A stretch of 63,802 bases of DNA, filler included, from Guillardia theta CCMP2712 (Eukaryota; Protista; Cryptophyta): the NCBI RefSeq assembly GCF_000315625.1. It is 3 parts of 3 records of this genome, joined end to end, with 100 filler letters (N's around TTAATTAATTAA, not from the genome) between each part and the next. Parts side by side here need not be neighbours in the genome. Positions count along the whole stretch, not along the records: positions 17,438 to 39,045 come from NW_005434359.1; positions 39,146 to 63,802 come from NW_005434597.1; 1 more part is not named here. The stretch is one strand, 5' to 3'. The notes beneath the pieces are model-generated. The model worked only from the letters and a program-made list of their open reading frames with translations, was not told the origin of the DNA and made no database searches. Shown in pieces: positions 38,200-54,143 of this stretch. A program made the position numbers and the translations under genes. Every line of letters starts with the position of its first letter. Within the stretch, counting starts at the first letter, position 1.

Positions 38200-39782
38200 G
38201 GTGCTTGCTCTCATGCTTGTCTCCCACGCTCACCTACACTGCTGGAAGCTCTCCATGACTCGAAGATCTGTGACTTCTCCAAGGGCTCATCCTCTTGTAG
38301 ACTCTGTCTGCTTCTGCACCTACTTCTCCTCCTCCTCCTCCTCCTCCTCCTCCTCCTCCTCCTCCAACTCCTGCTCTCCGTACCTGACGACATGGCGGTA
38401 GCAACCCCCACTGAAACTCTACTCACCTTATCTCCCCTCATCCCCCTCATGTCCTCTTTCTGGTCTGACAACATTTGCGGATTCCTTTCGAAATGCTGAG
38501 CCGCCTTATATGGAGGCCATGCACTCCCTTTCCTGCTCCTGCTGCTGCTGCTGCTCCTCCTCCTCCTCCTCCTCCTGCTGCTGCTCCTCCTCATCTCGTG
38601 CTAGCTTGCTTCCTCCTTGCCTGCTCTCTGATGCTTCTGAATCTCCTCTGACTGATTCAACAGGCTGCAAGCAGCAGCATGCCATGTCTTGGGGTCTCGC
38701 GAATGATCAAGACGAGGTGAGGAAGGAAAAGGAGGAGCCGCTGCTTCTCACCCTTCGCTGCCAGTCTCCTCCTCCTTGTTCTTCACGACGCGCACCTCGT
38801 CACCTCTTTCTCCCCTTCGCTCCTCTCCTCTCCTCTCGCCTCGCCCGTCTCTCGCAGCTCCTTCCGCTGCTCCGTGCTGCCTCGAATAGCAGGTCGATGG
38901 AGAAGGAGGAGGGAGGGAGGGAGTGACGCTTCCCTGCAGGGCGTGACAGGCGATGCGACTGGAGGTATCGGATGTGCGAGGTCGCAACCTTGTCGCTCGT
39001 TTGTGCCTGACGCTCTTGCAGGGAAGCCAGGACAAGCTGGACAGANNNNNNNNNNNNNNNNNNNNNNNNNNNNNNNNNNNNNNNNNNNNTTAATTAATTA
39101 ANNNNNNNNNNNNNNNNNNNNNNNNNNNNNNNNNNNNNNNNNNNNTGATCCGGCTGCAGGATACTCACCAAGTTCAGCGATCGACATGGGAGAGGAGGAG
39201 GGGGAGGGGGAGGAGGAGAAGCAAAAGAAGGAGGAGGAGTAAGTGATGGTGGTGGTGGTGGTGGAGCAAGAGGAGGAGGAGGAGCAAGTGATGATGGTGG
39301 TGGAGGAGGAGGAGAAGGAGGAGAAGGAGGAGAAGGAGGAGCAGGAGGAGAAGGAGGAGAAGGAGGAGGAGGAGGAGGAGGAGGAGGATCCAGCCGAGGT
39401 GGGTCAGTATCAGCAGAGCAGAGGCTACATCGGGAGATCTAGGGGCCAGTGACGAGACTCTGTTGACTTGGTCCCACGCCTCCTCCACCAGGTTGTAACC
39501 GAGGCAACCTGAGGCAGCCCGGGGCATGAGGAGGAGAAGGGAGAGGAAGCAACGGAAACCTTCCCAGCTCACCCCCAGCTCGTGCGTCCTCACCGTCCGA
39601 CGGTCCCTGCTCGGCTGTGCTGGTCGTCAGCTGGAGCAGAGCTGGAAGGTCTGGCGGCTGACCTGAGAGTCCCAGAAGACTTTGCGGGAGGAGTGGAGGG
39701 GGTGGCAGCCGTCTATCGCCCCCTCAACGAGCTTGTACTCCCTCGCTTAAAATATGTCAGTGAGAAGATAAACCCTCCCCTT

Positions 39783-39830
<48 letters not shown>

Positions 39831-40111
39831 ATCCTCGTCCTCCTCATGTTCACTTGCTGCCCTGTGCCTTCTGCTCCTGCTCCTTGGGAGTTTTCCTCCT
39901 CCTCCTCTCCTCCCCTCCTCCACCTCCTCTCCTGCGAGCCGCGCTCGGAGTCCAGTGATCGTTGTCGAAGGCACAGGTCAGGTTGATCAGTGCCGAGCTC
40001 TCTTCCAGCTGAGCGTCAGGACACACAGACTTGCTCCTCCTCCGAACCTCGGATAGACGGCAGGACCCAACTGTTGACAGCTGCCCAGTCCACGTCTCCC
40101 ATATCTGAGGG

Positions 40112-40192
<81 letters not shown>

Positions 40193-41952
40193 GGAGGAGC
40201 ATGAGGAGCAAGAGGAAGAGGAGGAGAAGGAGCAGGAGCAGGAGCAGGATGAACGGAGCGGAAGGATAAGGAGGTAGAGGGGAAGAAAGAGGAGGGTGAG
40301 AGAAGACGGGTCACTCCAGCGCTACTTACCAGGGTTCCACCGGTGCTGCGTGTTCATGGCAGCTACAGCATTGACTGAGGGGTAAAGAAATTCAGCAGAA
40401 GAGGAGAGGAGGAGCTTGGCGCTTGCCTTGGATCCTATTCTCATGGAAGAAAGCTGCTGACAGAACCTGCTGCACTGCTGAGAAGGAGGATTGAAAGACG
40501 GGAAAAGGAGGACGCGTTGGAGGAGAGAGGAAGTAGAGGAGAAAGGAGGCAGCGGACCGTGACGATTCTCTGTGGAAACCACCATGATTCCTTGTCGAAA
40601 CCTGCGGCTCTCTCAGGGCAAGAGCAGGAGGAGAAGCAGAGGCAACCAGTCCAGTAGGGGAGGAGAGCAGGGAGAGCGTCCCGGTGGAACGCGACCTGAC
40701 AAGCGGGTAGAGGATGAGGAAGGACAGAAAAGGAGAAGAGAAGGAGGAGGAGGGGAGGAGGAGGAGGGGAGGAGGAGGAGGGAGACGAGGAGGAAGGAGA
40801 TGAGGAGGGAAGGGCAGGAGGAGGAGCAGGAGGAGCAGGAGGAGGAAACAACTCGTACCATGAGATGGTCCCACCAGCACGCAGCGACCACCTTCACGCC
40901 GGGGTTTGAGAGGCAGGAGGGCAGCAAGGCAAAGTTCACCTCCTCCGGCGGGTCCGGCATGCCGTAGCCGTTGAAAGGGAAAGCTACGGCTGGTTCCCAC
41001 ATGTGGAGGTAGCGCTCGAAGGTCCTGCGGCAAGGAGCATGAGAGAGAAGGAGGAACGTAGACGAGCAGGCGGGACGTGACGTGCGCAGAGACTGCAAGG
41101 ACAGCAGGAGAAGTTGCAGAAGTAGAAGGGGGAGCAGGAGGAATGTGGAAGCAAGAGGAGCAGCAGGAGTAGGAGGAGTAGGAACAGCAGCAGGAACAGA
41201 AGGAGCGGCAGCAGGAGCAGGACGTGTAAGAGGAAGAGGCAGAGAAAGAGGAAGAAGAGAAGGAGCAGGAGCAGGAGATGGTCACATGGCGTCTGACTGT
41301 ACCTGTACGGATCTCCCACATTGTGCCCGAAGTCCAAGATCTCCTCCAGCTCGGCATCATCCTCCGTGTAGATGAAGTAGTCGTAGCGGATCCCCTCCTC
41401 CTCCTCTCGCAGCAGCGCCTGGTAGTTCCTGCCGTCATTACGCCGCCAACATTCCTCGCTCCTTATGCTTCACCATCTGCAGCAGGAAGTTCCTCCCCTC
41501 GGTGCAGGTGCTGTCTGGAAGGTAGTACGCGTCCTTGCTATGGTTCTTCGGCCCCTTCCCCCACACAACCTTTGCAGCAAGGAGCTGGATCAGTCTCCCT
41601 CCTCCTCTTCCTCCTCCTCCTCCTCCTCCTCCTCCTCCTCCTCCTCCTCCTCTTCCCCTGCTCCAGCTCCTTCTTCTGTCCTTCTTCTCTTCTCCCTCTT
41701 CCTGCTGCCCCTGCCCCTCCTCCTCCTCCTCCTGCTGTTGCTCGACCACCCACTCACCTGGATGGCGTCTGAGTGGTCCGACCGCAAGAAGTCCAGGGAC
41801 ATCTCCTCCTTCCCCTGCATCAGCCAGATGTACTTTGTTGCCCTCCCCTCCTCCTGCGCTGCTGCTGAACATGGAGCCAGGTCCTTGAGCAGACCAACCA
41901 CCAGCACCAGCACCAGCAGCAGGTGGACTGTAGCTCCCTGCCTCCTTCTCAT
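38200..41952 (-). CDS. Putative GT-A-like glycosyltransferase with signal anchor; 3' end unresolved across the gap
   Basis: MRRRQGATVHLLLVLVLVV. Motifs TCTEGRNFLL, RYDYFIYTEDDAEL (DxD-like), FERYLHMWEPAVAFP, AFHRDALPALLPY, DKESWWFPQ. Confidence 0.6.
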
Positions 41953-42692
41953 CTCATCTCTAACAGAGCATCCTGAAACCAAAGTCAAACTCGCGTACTT
42001 GTGAGAGGTTTATGAGAGAAGGAAGGAGAAGCGAGGGAGAATGTGGAGGGAGAGGATAGAGCGAAGGGGAGCAGTAGGGCGTAGAAGGACGAAGGTTTGG
42101 AGTGGAAAAGGGTGAGGACGACTCTGAGCAGTAGATGAAACTTGGACTTCTTCCTGTTCGCTGTTGAATCTCGTTCCTCCCATTCGCTCGCTTTCATTCC
42201 ATTCTCTCTTCTCTCTTCTTCTCTTGTATCCTCTTTCCCTCCCTCCCTCCCTTGCCTTGCCTTGCCTCTTCTGCTGTGCTGTGCTGTGCTGTGCTGTGCT
42301 GTGCTGTGCTGTGCTGTGCTGTGCTGTGCTGTGCTGTGCTGTGCTGTGCTCTCTTCCTTGTCCTTTCCTCTTGAACTGTCTTCTCCATCTACTGCATTGC
42401 AGGCAGTTCGCCCCGACAGATCGTCCCGGCCTGGGGAGGGGTATTTGGATAGTCAATTTAGGGGGTAGTGGTGGTGCGATGTTGGGATCCTTCATGTTGC
42501 GCCCGGTCTGCCTGCGAGGAAAGTGACGAAGCGAAGAAGCGACGAAGTCATGGCGACGAAGACAAGGCGAAGATGGAGATGAAGACGATGACGAAGATGG
42601 AGAAGATGGAGATGAAGACGATGACGAAGATGGAGAAGATGGAGATGAAAAAGGTGAAAAGGAAGAGGCTTGCAAGTGAGATAAAGATCATA

Positions 42693-45131
<2,439 letters not shown>

Positions 45132-45709
45132 GACAAGCTGTAGAGCACGACAGAGGTTGAAAACTTGGTGGGGACGTCAAACTTTATGTCTCATTTGGCA
45201 TCAATAATAACAATTGTTGATCCTCCTCCTCCGCCTCTCCCCGCTCCTCCTGTTCCTCCCTTTCATGTCATCACTTGATTCTGCTTTCCTGAAGGTCTTA
45301 ACTGTCCACTCAACCCTCTCCTAAACTCTCAGAACTTCCTACTTCTCCTCTCCTCTTACTCTCTCTCCCCTTCTCTCCTCCTCTTCCTCTCCTCGCCTCC
45401 TCTCTCTCTCCTTCTCTCCTCTCCTCCTCTCTCTCTCCCCTTCTCTCCTCCTCTCCCTCCTCTTCCCTCCCATCTCCAACCATGAACACTCACTGCATAG
45501 AACAGTTTTGACAATCCCGCCCCTCCAATCATTCCTCCTGTCACCAGTACCCCCATTTTGATTCATACCACCGGTCATCTTCCTTAGATTTCCGTGATCA
45601 CCCCTTCATGTCACTCCTATTAGTACCGTTCCGTGTTTGACCCCACCCCTGTTATTTGTGGTTACCCACCCTCTTCTGTACCACCACCCGTGTAGCTACA
45701 CCTCAATCC

Positions 45710-48700
45710 ATGGCGCGCTCAGTCCGTTTCGCGAATGAGCAACGGATGCGCGCCTCTCCTGCTGCTCCCTCTCTCCCTCCCTCCTCCTCCTCTCCTTCCA
45801 TCTACTACCCTCCTCGCACCCTCTCTCCTCCTCCTTACCAACCTGCCCCCGTCACTCCTTACCAGCATGCTCCTGCTCATCCTCCTCCTTCATACACCCC
45901 CAACCGGTCAGATCTCCTGTCGGCCTCCATGCGAGATACTTGGTCTTCTCCTCTGCATCCTGCCAGTTTTTCCTCCTCTCCTCGTCCCGCCATGGCCGAT
46001 ACTTTCTCCATGCCCGTCAAGTCGAGGCAAGAAGATCCCTCCCGGAGTTTCAGGAGCATGCTGCGGGTATTAGTGTCGATGGTTGGGGCATGGTGCTTAC
46101 AGCCATGACTATGTGTGCAGAGTGAAGACTCGAGTGGAAGGAGAGCAGATGATACAGAACGAGAAGTGAAGAGCGGGAACTTGCTGATCAAGTACAGCGT
46201 TCAGGTGATTTGCTTGCCCGCCACGGCCTCATATTGCTTATCCTTGCGGCAGCCCGGGACACCTTGGCATGAATGTCTTCTCATTCTGACGACAAGAAGA
46301 TTGAGATTGTTCACAAAGAACAAAAGTTTGCTCTCATGCACCTGCTGGTTGCTGATGTGCACTGACTGTACATGTCAGGTCATGTGAATTCTGGGAGTTA
46401 TGCTGCAGGCGAGGTGAACGTGACGACATCACTTGCATGCTTTCAGCAACTGACTTGACACACATCAGTTGGTTTCCTTCCAAGTCAGCGTGAGCCAAGT
46501 TGCTCTCCTGCCGCCATCGAGAGTGGACGAGGAGAGCTTCGAGTTGGAAATTCGGGTAAGCACTTGATGACGCTGGAGTCGAAGATGATGTTGAGATGGT
46601 GCAGGACAATCTCAACACAACCAACCCCTCTCGCTCGTCAACAGAGTTCTGGTTGTGCAGAGCTGCCAACAGAATGGAGAGGGACGCATGGATCGAAAAG
46701 CTGCTGGACGTCCTGCCAGGGGGGGAGCGCATGGAGAAGTGATTAATTCGTCCTGCTGCTGCTGCTGTTGCTCCCTTGACTTGGTGCTCGAACAGGGTTG
46801 ACTACGAGTCCCTGGAAGGCAGGATAGCAAGAGTCGGAGGTCCCTCATCCTTGCCCTACTTGCTTGTCTCTTTGTTGATCCTCCTCTCCAGAGACTCCTC
46901 AGAGCGCTCTCGTCTCTGTTCCTCGACCACCTCCTTCCTCTCGGAGCTCGCACGCGAATGGAGATGGGCAGGCGTTGGTTGGTCTTGGGATCGTGCTGCA
47001 CATCACGGAAGGGGGAGGCGACGTTTTGATCCAGCGAGTGGTGGAAGGAGGGGGCGCAGCGTTGTCCAACCAGGTGAAGAAGCGAGAAGAGCAAGAGGAG
47101 CAAGAGGAGCAAGAGGAGCAAGAGGAGGAGGAGGAGGAGGAGGAGGGGGAGGGGAGGGGGAGGGGAGGGGGAGGAGGAGGAGGAGGAGGAGGAGGAGGAG
47201 GAGGAGTGGATGCTGACATGATAAATTTCACGACCGGTTGAGAAGATCAAGGAAGGAGACAAGGTTTTGAGTATCGACGGACGCGCGACCAAAGGATTGT
47301 CCATGGACGAGGAAAGAAAAGCAGGAGCAGGAGCCTGATCCGAATGACTGCTTGTTTGCAGCTTGTCAGCCTGATCCGCGGTGAAGAAGGGACAAGCTGC
47401 GTGCTGATTGTTGAGAGGTCAGACGCACATGCAAGCTTTCAGGTTGTCTCGTCTAGCCTCGCCTGCTGTAATTCTTTGTTTTCTTTCCTTGTTTTGCCTT
47501 GTGTTGTTTTCCCTCCATTTTCAATCTCTTACTCACTGCATCGTCCAAGATCAATCAACATCACACGCCCAAAGTCTCTCGTGTAGCAGTCCTGAGGGTA
47601 CCTGCCCCCCACACGACGTTCAAGAGTGGTAAGAAACGCGATCAGATACCTTGCTTCTTGATTGTGATATGCGAACAGTTGTGAAGCAAGAAAACATGAA
47701 TGGGTCTCAGAATCAGGTACCTTTGCTGCATTGGAGAAACTTCCATCTCCTGATGGTTCATTGGTCCGCGTGACACGTTCTTGTCCTATCAGAGCGTCTC
47801 GTTGCGGAGAGATGAGTTTGAACATCTCAGGTCCGTTTTCTTTGCCTTTGACAGGATGACTGGTGATGAATTGGACGAGAACAGAAAACCTTCAAACAAA
47901 GAAGTCGGACGACCTGTAAGGTGAATGGAGCTACCATGTCTTGACGTTTCAGCCCTTGTCTTCTCCCAAGTTCCTCTCCCTCTCCCTCTCCCTCTCCCTC
48001 ACCATCTCCCTCAGAGGAGATCTCCCTCTCCCTCTCCCTCTCCCTCTCCCTCTCCCTCTCCCTCTCCCTCTCCCTCTCCCTCTCCCTCTCTACCCCTACT
48101 GCTTCCCCCCTCCTTCCTCTCCCTAGACCCCTTCCTTCTTCTTCCCCTTGTCTTTCTCACTCTCTTGCTTGTGAGTCGAACATCGAGCTCACCGTCATAG
48201 CAGGGACGCCCAGCAGCTTCCGGAAGGCGTAAGTGGGTCTGGCGTGACGTTTGACGTGACGCACTTGCAGGTCATCCTTGACAACAGCAAACTGACAGCA
48301 AGAAAGGTCTGCGTTGAAAACTCCTCCTCTATACTTGCTGCAATATCCTGACTCCCTCCTTCTCCTTCTCCTTCTCCTTCTCCTTCTCCTTCTCCTTCTC
48401 CTTCTCCTTCTCCTTCTCCTTCTCCTTCTCCTTCTCCTTCTCCTTCTCCTTCTCCTTCTCCTTCTCCTTCTCCTGCTCTTGCTCATGCTTTACCTGCTCC
48501 TGCTCATGCTCCGGCTTCTGCCCTGCTTCTGCGCTTGCTTTTTGTCTCCTCAACTTTATTCTTTTCAGATGCAAATCGATGCAATGCTGGAGAGTCTGGG
48601 AGCAGCAGCATTAAAGGGAATCTCCTCTACCCAGCAGGGAGGAGCAGGAGGAGCAGCTACAGTCTTGCGCGATCACATTGGTGACGTAAAAGTTTGGCTG

Positions 48701-50439
48701 AGGTCCAAATGAGATCCTGGAGCAGGAACGTATACAGGAGGAGCTATCAACAACCAGCGATCGGGTGTTGGTGTACAGAACTACCTCAATGGAGACGAAT
48801 ACTTCGGTACTCCCCTCTCCTCCCCTTTCTCTCCCTTCCATCCTTCCTTGCTCGTTGCTCCTCCCCTCCCTTCCTCGCACTTCTTCTCCTTTGTCCTTTG
48901 TATCCTTCTCCTCCTCTCCCTGGACTTTTTTTCGTCGGCCCCTTGTCTTGTTGTTTCCCATCTCTCGCTCCTCCGCATTGGTGATACCTCACAGGGGAGT
49001 GGAAGAACAATCTCCGACATGGCGTCGGCACCATCATTCTCGCTGAGAAGAGCGAGAGGGGGGAGGGGCAGGACAGGCAGCGGCGGCACAATGCGAGATA
49101 CAAGGGAGAGTGGAGGGAGGGTGAAATGCATGGCTTCGGTGAGTGAAGGAGGAGGAGGAGGAGGAGGAGGAGGAGGAGGAGGTGGTGGTGGAGGAGGAGG
49201 AGGAGGAGGGAGAGGAGGCTGAGCTATGGAAAATGTGGGATGAAAAGGGTCAGTTTGAAGAAGGGAAGAGAGGAGGGAAGGTGGAGGAAGCGGAACAATG
49301 GAGAATGGAAGAAGCAAGAATGATTGATGGCGGAGGTTGAGGGAGGAGAGAGAAAAGCAAGAGGAGAGGTGGGGCGTGTGAACGAGGGATGAAGGGAGGC
49401 AGGAAGGGAGAGAAGAGAGAAGGAGAGAGGGAGAGAAGGAGAAGAGGAGAGAGGGAGAGAAGGAGAAGAGGGGAGGGGGAGGGGAGGGATAAGAAGGAGT
49501 CTCACGGAGGAGCAGGTACGATGGTTTACCACAACGGCTGCGAGTACGTCGGCGAGTTCGAGAGGAGCAGGCGGTCAGGTTTCGGCTGTTTGACGTCCGT
49601 CAACGGCGTGCGGTATGAGGGCGAGTGGCGCAACGACCTCAAGCATGGCGCCGGGCTTCTCCTCTTCGGCCTACCTGGACCCCAGCTGGGGGGGAGGCAG
49701 CAGGAGAGGCAGGTGGGAAGTTCGAGGGGGAGGAGCTGGGAACTAAGGTGGGAGTCAGGTGGGCTTCAGCAGTGTGCGGGGGACGTGGTACGAGGACCGA
49801 GTGAGCGGGCGAGGAGAAGCAGTGATGTGGGACGGGAGGAAGATCGAGGGCTTCCTGCGCGAAGACGAGGCATCCGGTTCCCAATGCTCTCCCTCCCTTA
49901 CTTCCTTCTCCCCTCCCTCCCTCCCTCCCTCCCTCCCTCCCTCCTCTTCAACTTCCCCTTCCACCTCACGCCCATGCTCTCCTCCTGCACTTGCCTTTCT
50001 CCTCTCTCTCTCTCCCCGCGTCCTCCTCCTCTCTCCCAGCATCTCCTTCCCTTCACAGCTCCAGCAGGTTGTGTGACAGTCATCCCTCTGCCCGAGCAGA
50101 AGCCTTCCTCCTCCTCCTACCGGCTGCCGGTAAGTCGTCAAATCCTTGCGCAATCAGGTGACAAAGGAGGAGCAGGAGAAGCAGCTCATGGGCAACGGAG
50201 GAGGAGCAGGAGGAAGGGAGGAGGGAAACGGACAGGAAAAGAGGAAGGAGGAGGGAAGGAGAGCAGAAACGTCTGGGGACGGAAGACGGCAGGAGTCGGG
50301 TCGAGCCAACGGGCTGTACGAGGGAGCAGGGAGGAAGGAGGAAGGAGGCAAGGAGGAAGGGAGGGAGGAGGAGAAGACCTCTCGGCTGCGAAGTGTGACC
50401 AAGTCCTTGCGCAAAATGATGTCGATAACGAAGAAATGA
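45710..50439 (+). CDS. PH-like + PDZ + MORN-repeat protein
   Basis: Pro-rich N-terminus. PH-like VKSGNLLIK...W...LILTTRRLRLF...CRAANRMERDAWIEKL. PDZ VGLGIVL...VEGGGAALSNQIKEGDKVLSIDG...LIRGEEGT. MORN YVGEFERSRRSGFG, YEGEWRNDLKHGAG. Confidence 0.8.
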
Positions 50440-50724
50440 TAGAGGAGAGATGAAGCAGACGAGGCAGAGCAGGAGAGAGGAGGAGTATGTGGGTGGCATC
50501 GGGAACAAATTTCTATTCACTAATAATTAAATCTGCACGCAACTGAATCCTTCTACCCTGCTCCTGCTCCTGCTCCTGCCCCTGCTCCTGCTCCTGCCCC
50601 TGCTCCTGCTCCTGCTCCTGCTCCTGCCCCTGCTCCTGCCCCTGCTCCTGCTCCTGCTGATGCTGGTGCTCCTGCTCCTGCTGATGCTGATGCTCCTGCT
50701 TCTCTCAAAAGACCGTGTGGTTGA

Positions 50725-51030
50725 TCACCCGAGGCTGATCTGCTTCGCCTCGTCACCATCAACATCACAACAACAACTTCATCTCACCTCGACGAGCCTG
50801 CAAGTCTTCCTCTGTCCTCCCTTGCTCCTCCCTGTGCACCTCCATCTTCTCCTCCTCCTCCTCCTCCTCCTCCTCCGTGTCTTCGTACTCGTACTCGTAA
50901 TCGGATCCCTCCGATCGCGCGTACTGCTCTCCTTTCCTCTCCTCCCCCTCCAGCTGAGGGTCAGGAGGATTCGCCATTCTCTCTTGCTGCGCCAAGTATC
51001 TGCAACACAGTCACTTGAAAACAATATTTC

Positions 51031-51066
<36 letters not shown>

Positions 51067-51817
51067 CTCGTCCTCTCTTCTCTCTCTCTTCTTCCCGTTA
51101 TCCCTTCTCCCCATCCTTTCCCACTCCTCAATCTTTCTCCCTCCCTCGCGTTCGTTTTCCCTGCAGCTCCTCCTCATTCCTCTCACCTGTCCTCGATCTG
51201 CTCTGGCGCAAAGACTCCTGAGGTCCCAAAAATGCCGCTATCCCCCTGTCCTCGCGGTCAGTTCTGCCCTCTCTCTCCCTCCTCTCCTCACCGGCATGGA
51301 GAGAATCGAGTTCTTTCCTTTCTCCTCCTCTCCATATGAAGTCTGTCGGAGCTGAGAAGGCAGCTTCACTCTCCCTTCCTTGCTCCCTCCTCCTCCTCCT
51401 CCTCCTCCTCCTCCACCACCACCACCACCACCACCACTTTAGCCCCCCTCCAACCCCCTTCCTCCTCTTCCTCCTTCTCTGACCTGACTGCGCAGCCATC
51501 TGCTCTCTTTGCTGTGCTGTGACGCCCTCAACTTCCATTCTCTGAGCTGGAGCAGGAGATCAGTTTGCCGAGCAGTAAGGACACGAAGAGAAAGAGGAAA
51601 GATAGGAGGAGAAAGAGGAGCAAAGATAGGAGGAGAGGTAGGAGGAGAGGTAGAGGACAGACAGGATTGGCTAGCTCTGCTGTACCTGCTGCTCTGCCAT
51701 CCCAAGACTTGATCGCAGGCTTGTTATCAATGAATTGAGCTGATGAATCTCGCCATCCTTCCTTGCGATCTGAAAATTTTCAGTAACCGACCAACATTTC
51801 CTCCTCCTCCTCTTGCT

Positions 51818-51864
<47 letters not shown>

Positions 51865-54100
51865 CCCTCCTCCTCCCCCTCCTCCTCCTCGCTCACATCA
51901 GTCTGGGCCATGGCGAGTCGAGTTATCATCGCTCGCATCCTTTCAGGCCCCGAGGACTCAGAGAAGTCCGACGAGTCTTCCCCATGCACCTTGGGGTTTG
52001 ACGCCATGTTGACATCTTTCTTGCCCCCCCTCTCTCCCTCCCCGGCCTCTTTGACGTTTTTCTTTCCCTCCTGCACCTCTCGCTGCTCGGAGTTGGAGAT
52101 GTGGAGCTCCCTGACCCGCACGTGCATTCCCAGCAGCTCTTCCTCGAGCAGCTCTTCCTGCCTCTCCGCGTCCTCGATCCGCAGGATGATACTGTGCAGC
52201 TGGGCTTCCAGCTCCAGCTCACGCAGAGCATGCAGGTCCTCCCTCACGTCCTGCAGCTCGCCCAGCAGCTGGTGCCGCTGCTCCTCGCTGTCTCGCAGCC
52301 TCCTCCCTTGGCTCTCGAGCGCCTGCTGCAGCCTGCTGTTGTCCAGCTGGAGTAGGTCGCTCCTCCTCCTCAGCTCCTCCAGCTCCTGCCCGAGCTCAGT
52401 CTCCAACCTGCTGTTCTCCAGCTGGAGATGCTCGTTGACCTCCGCAAACTCGTCGTGGGATCTCTCGAGCTCGTTGACTTTGTCCTGCACCCGCAGCATC
52501 ATCGTCTCGTAGTCTTCCGTCTGCTCCTCCAGCTGCTGCACCCTCATCTCTTCCTCCACCAGCCTCGCCGTCACCTCCTCCAGCTCCACGGTCAGCTCAA
52601 GGAGCTTCTTCATGCCCGGCTGCCCTCCAGGAACCGACCCAGCTGTTGAGCTCTGACTGATCTCCTCCCTGAGCAAGTCAAGTTCCCTCACCCTCAGCTC
52701 CTCCATCCTCCTCAGCCTTTCGAGCTCCCTCGCCTGCTCCTGCTGCACCCTCTTGCTCGCCAGCATCTTCTGCAGCGACTCCTCCTGCACCCTTTCCACC
52801 AGAGCCTCCAGCTGCCGAAGAGAGCGGTCGAGTTCCTCCATGTATGCGGTCAGCTCAGCCTGCTGGGAACTGCGGGAGGAGGCATGGGAGAGGAGAAGGG
52901 TGCACTGGGCCTGCAGGGCGGAGCATTCTTCGCTCTTGGCCTCGAGCCTCCTCTGAAGGACCTCGTGCTCGTTGAAGGAGGAGGCTGACGCCTTCATCAT
53001 CCGCTTCCTCTCTTGGTACACCTGATCCTTGTACCTCAGCAGCTGCTCCTCCGCCTCCTGCTGGCCCCTTTTGTGCTCCTCCGCCATGCTCGCCAGCCTC
53101 GCCAGCTCCTTGATCGACGTCTCATGCTTCGCCATGAGCTCCGCGATCCTCTCTGACATTTCCAGCATCCTCTCGTCCTCCGTCGAGCTGCGAAAGAGCT
53201 CCAGGTCGGCCTCCAGCTGGTGCATTCGGACGAGCTCAGCTGAGCGCGAGCTGATGAGTTGCTCCATCTGCAGCTCCGAGAGCTCTGCTCGCTGCTCGTC
53301 CTGCTTGAGCCCAGCTGCCAGGGCCCGGAGAGCCTCCTGATCTTGCTTCCTCCTGCTCCTCTCCTCCTCCTCTCGCAACCTCTCCTCTTCATACACCTTC
53401 AATCTCCTCTCCTCCTCAAGAATCTCTCGCTTCCTCCTGTCCTCCTCCTCCTCTCGCACGCTCCTCTCCTCTTCTTCTCGCACGCTCCTCTTTCCCTCCA
53501 CAATTTCTTCCGCGTGCCAAATGATATCCAGGCTGCTCGTCTTGCTCGTGTGCTTCCCCCCCCTCAGCCGCGACGACTCGTCCTCTGCCTGAGCCCGCAG
53601 CTCCTCCGCCGCTCTCCTCGCGCTCTTCCCTTCCCCGCAGATCCCCTCAAGGAGGACGATGTCAAGCAGGATGGATCCTTCCCGCATTCCCCGCACCTTC
53701 ACCTTCTCCTTGCGGCCTCCCACTGCATCTGCGACATCCTCGCACACCTCGTCCATGAACTCCTCCTCCCTCCCTGCCACCTCCTCCATCTTCATGTCCA
53801 GCTTCAGCGCCATGTGGAAGTCCTCTCCTCCTCCTCCTCCTCCTCCTCCTCCTCCTTCTCGTCCTCCTTCTCCTCTACTCTGCTCTCGCTGCAGATCTGG
53901 CAGGAGGCCATTCTGGTGGAGGATCATCCTTAGCTCTTCACGATCGTCGAGCGCGTCCTGAAGTTGACGGGAAAGTTGTTCAACCTCCTCGTTCAAGATG
54001 TTGTTGTCCTCGAACAGCAGGGCATTGTCCTGCCATGATCACCATCACCATCACCATCACCATCACCATCACCATCACCATCACCATCACAAAACAACAA

Positions 54101-54143
<43 letters not shown>

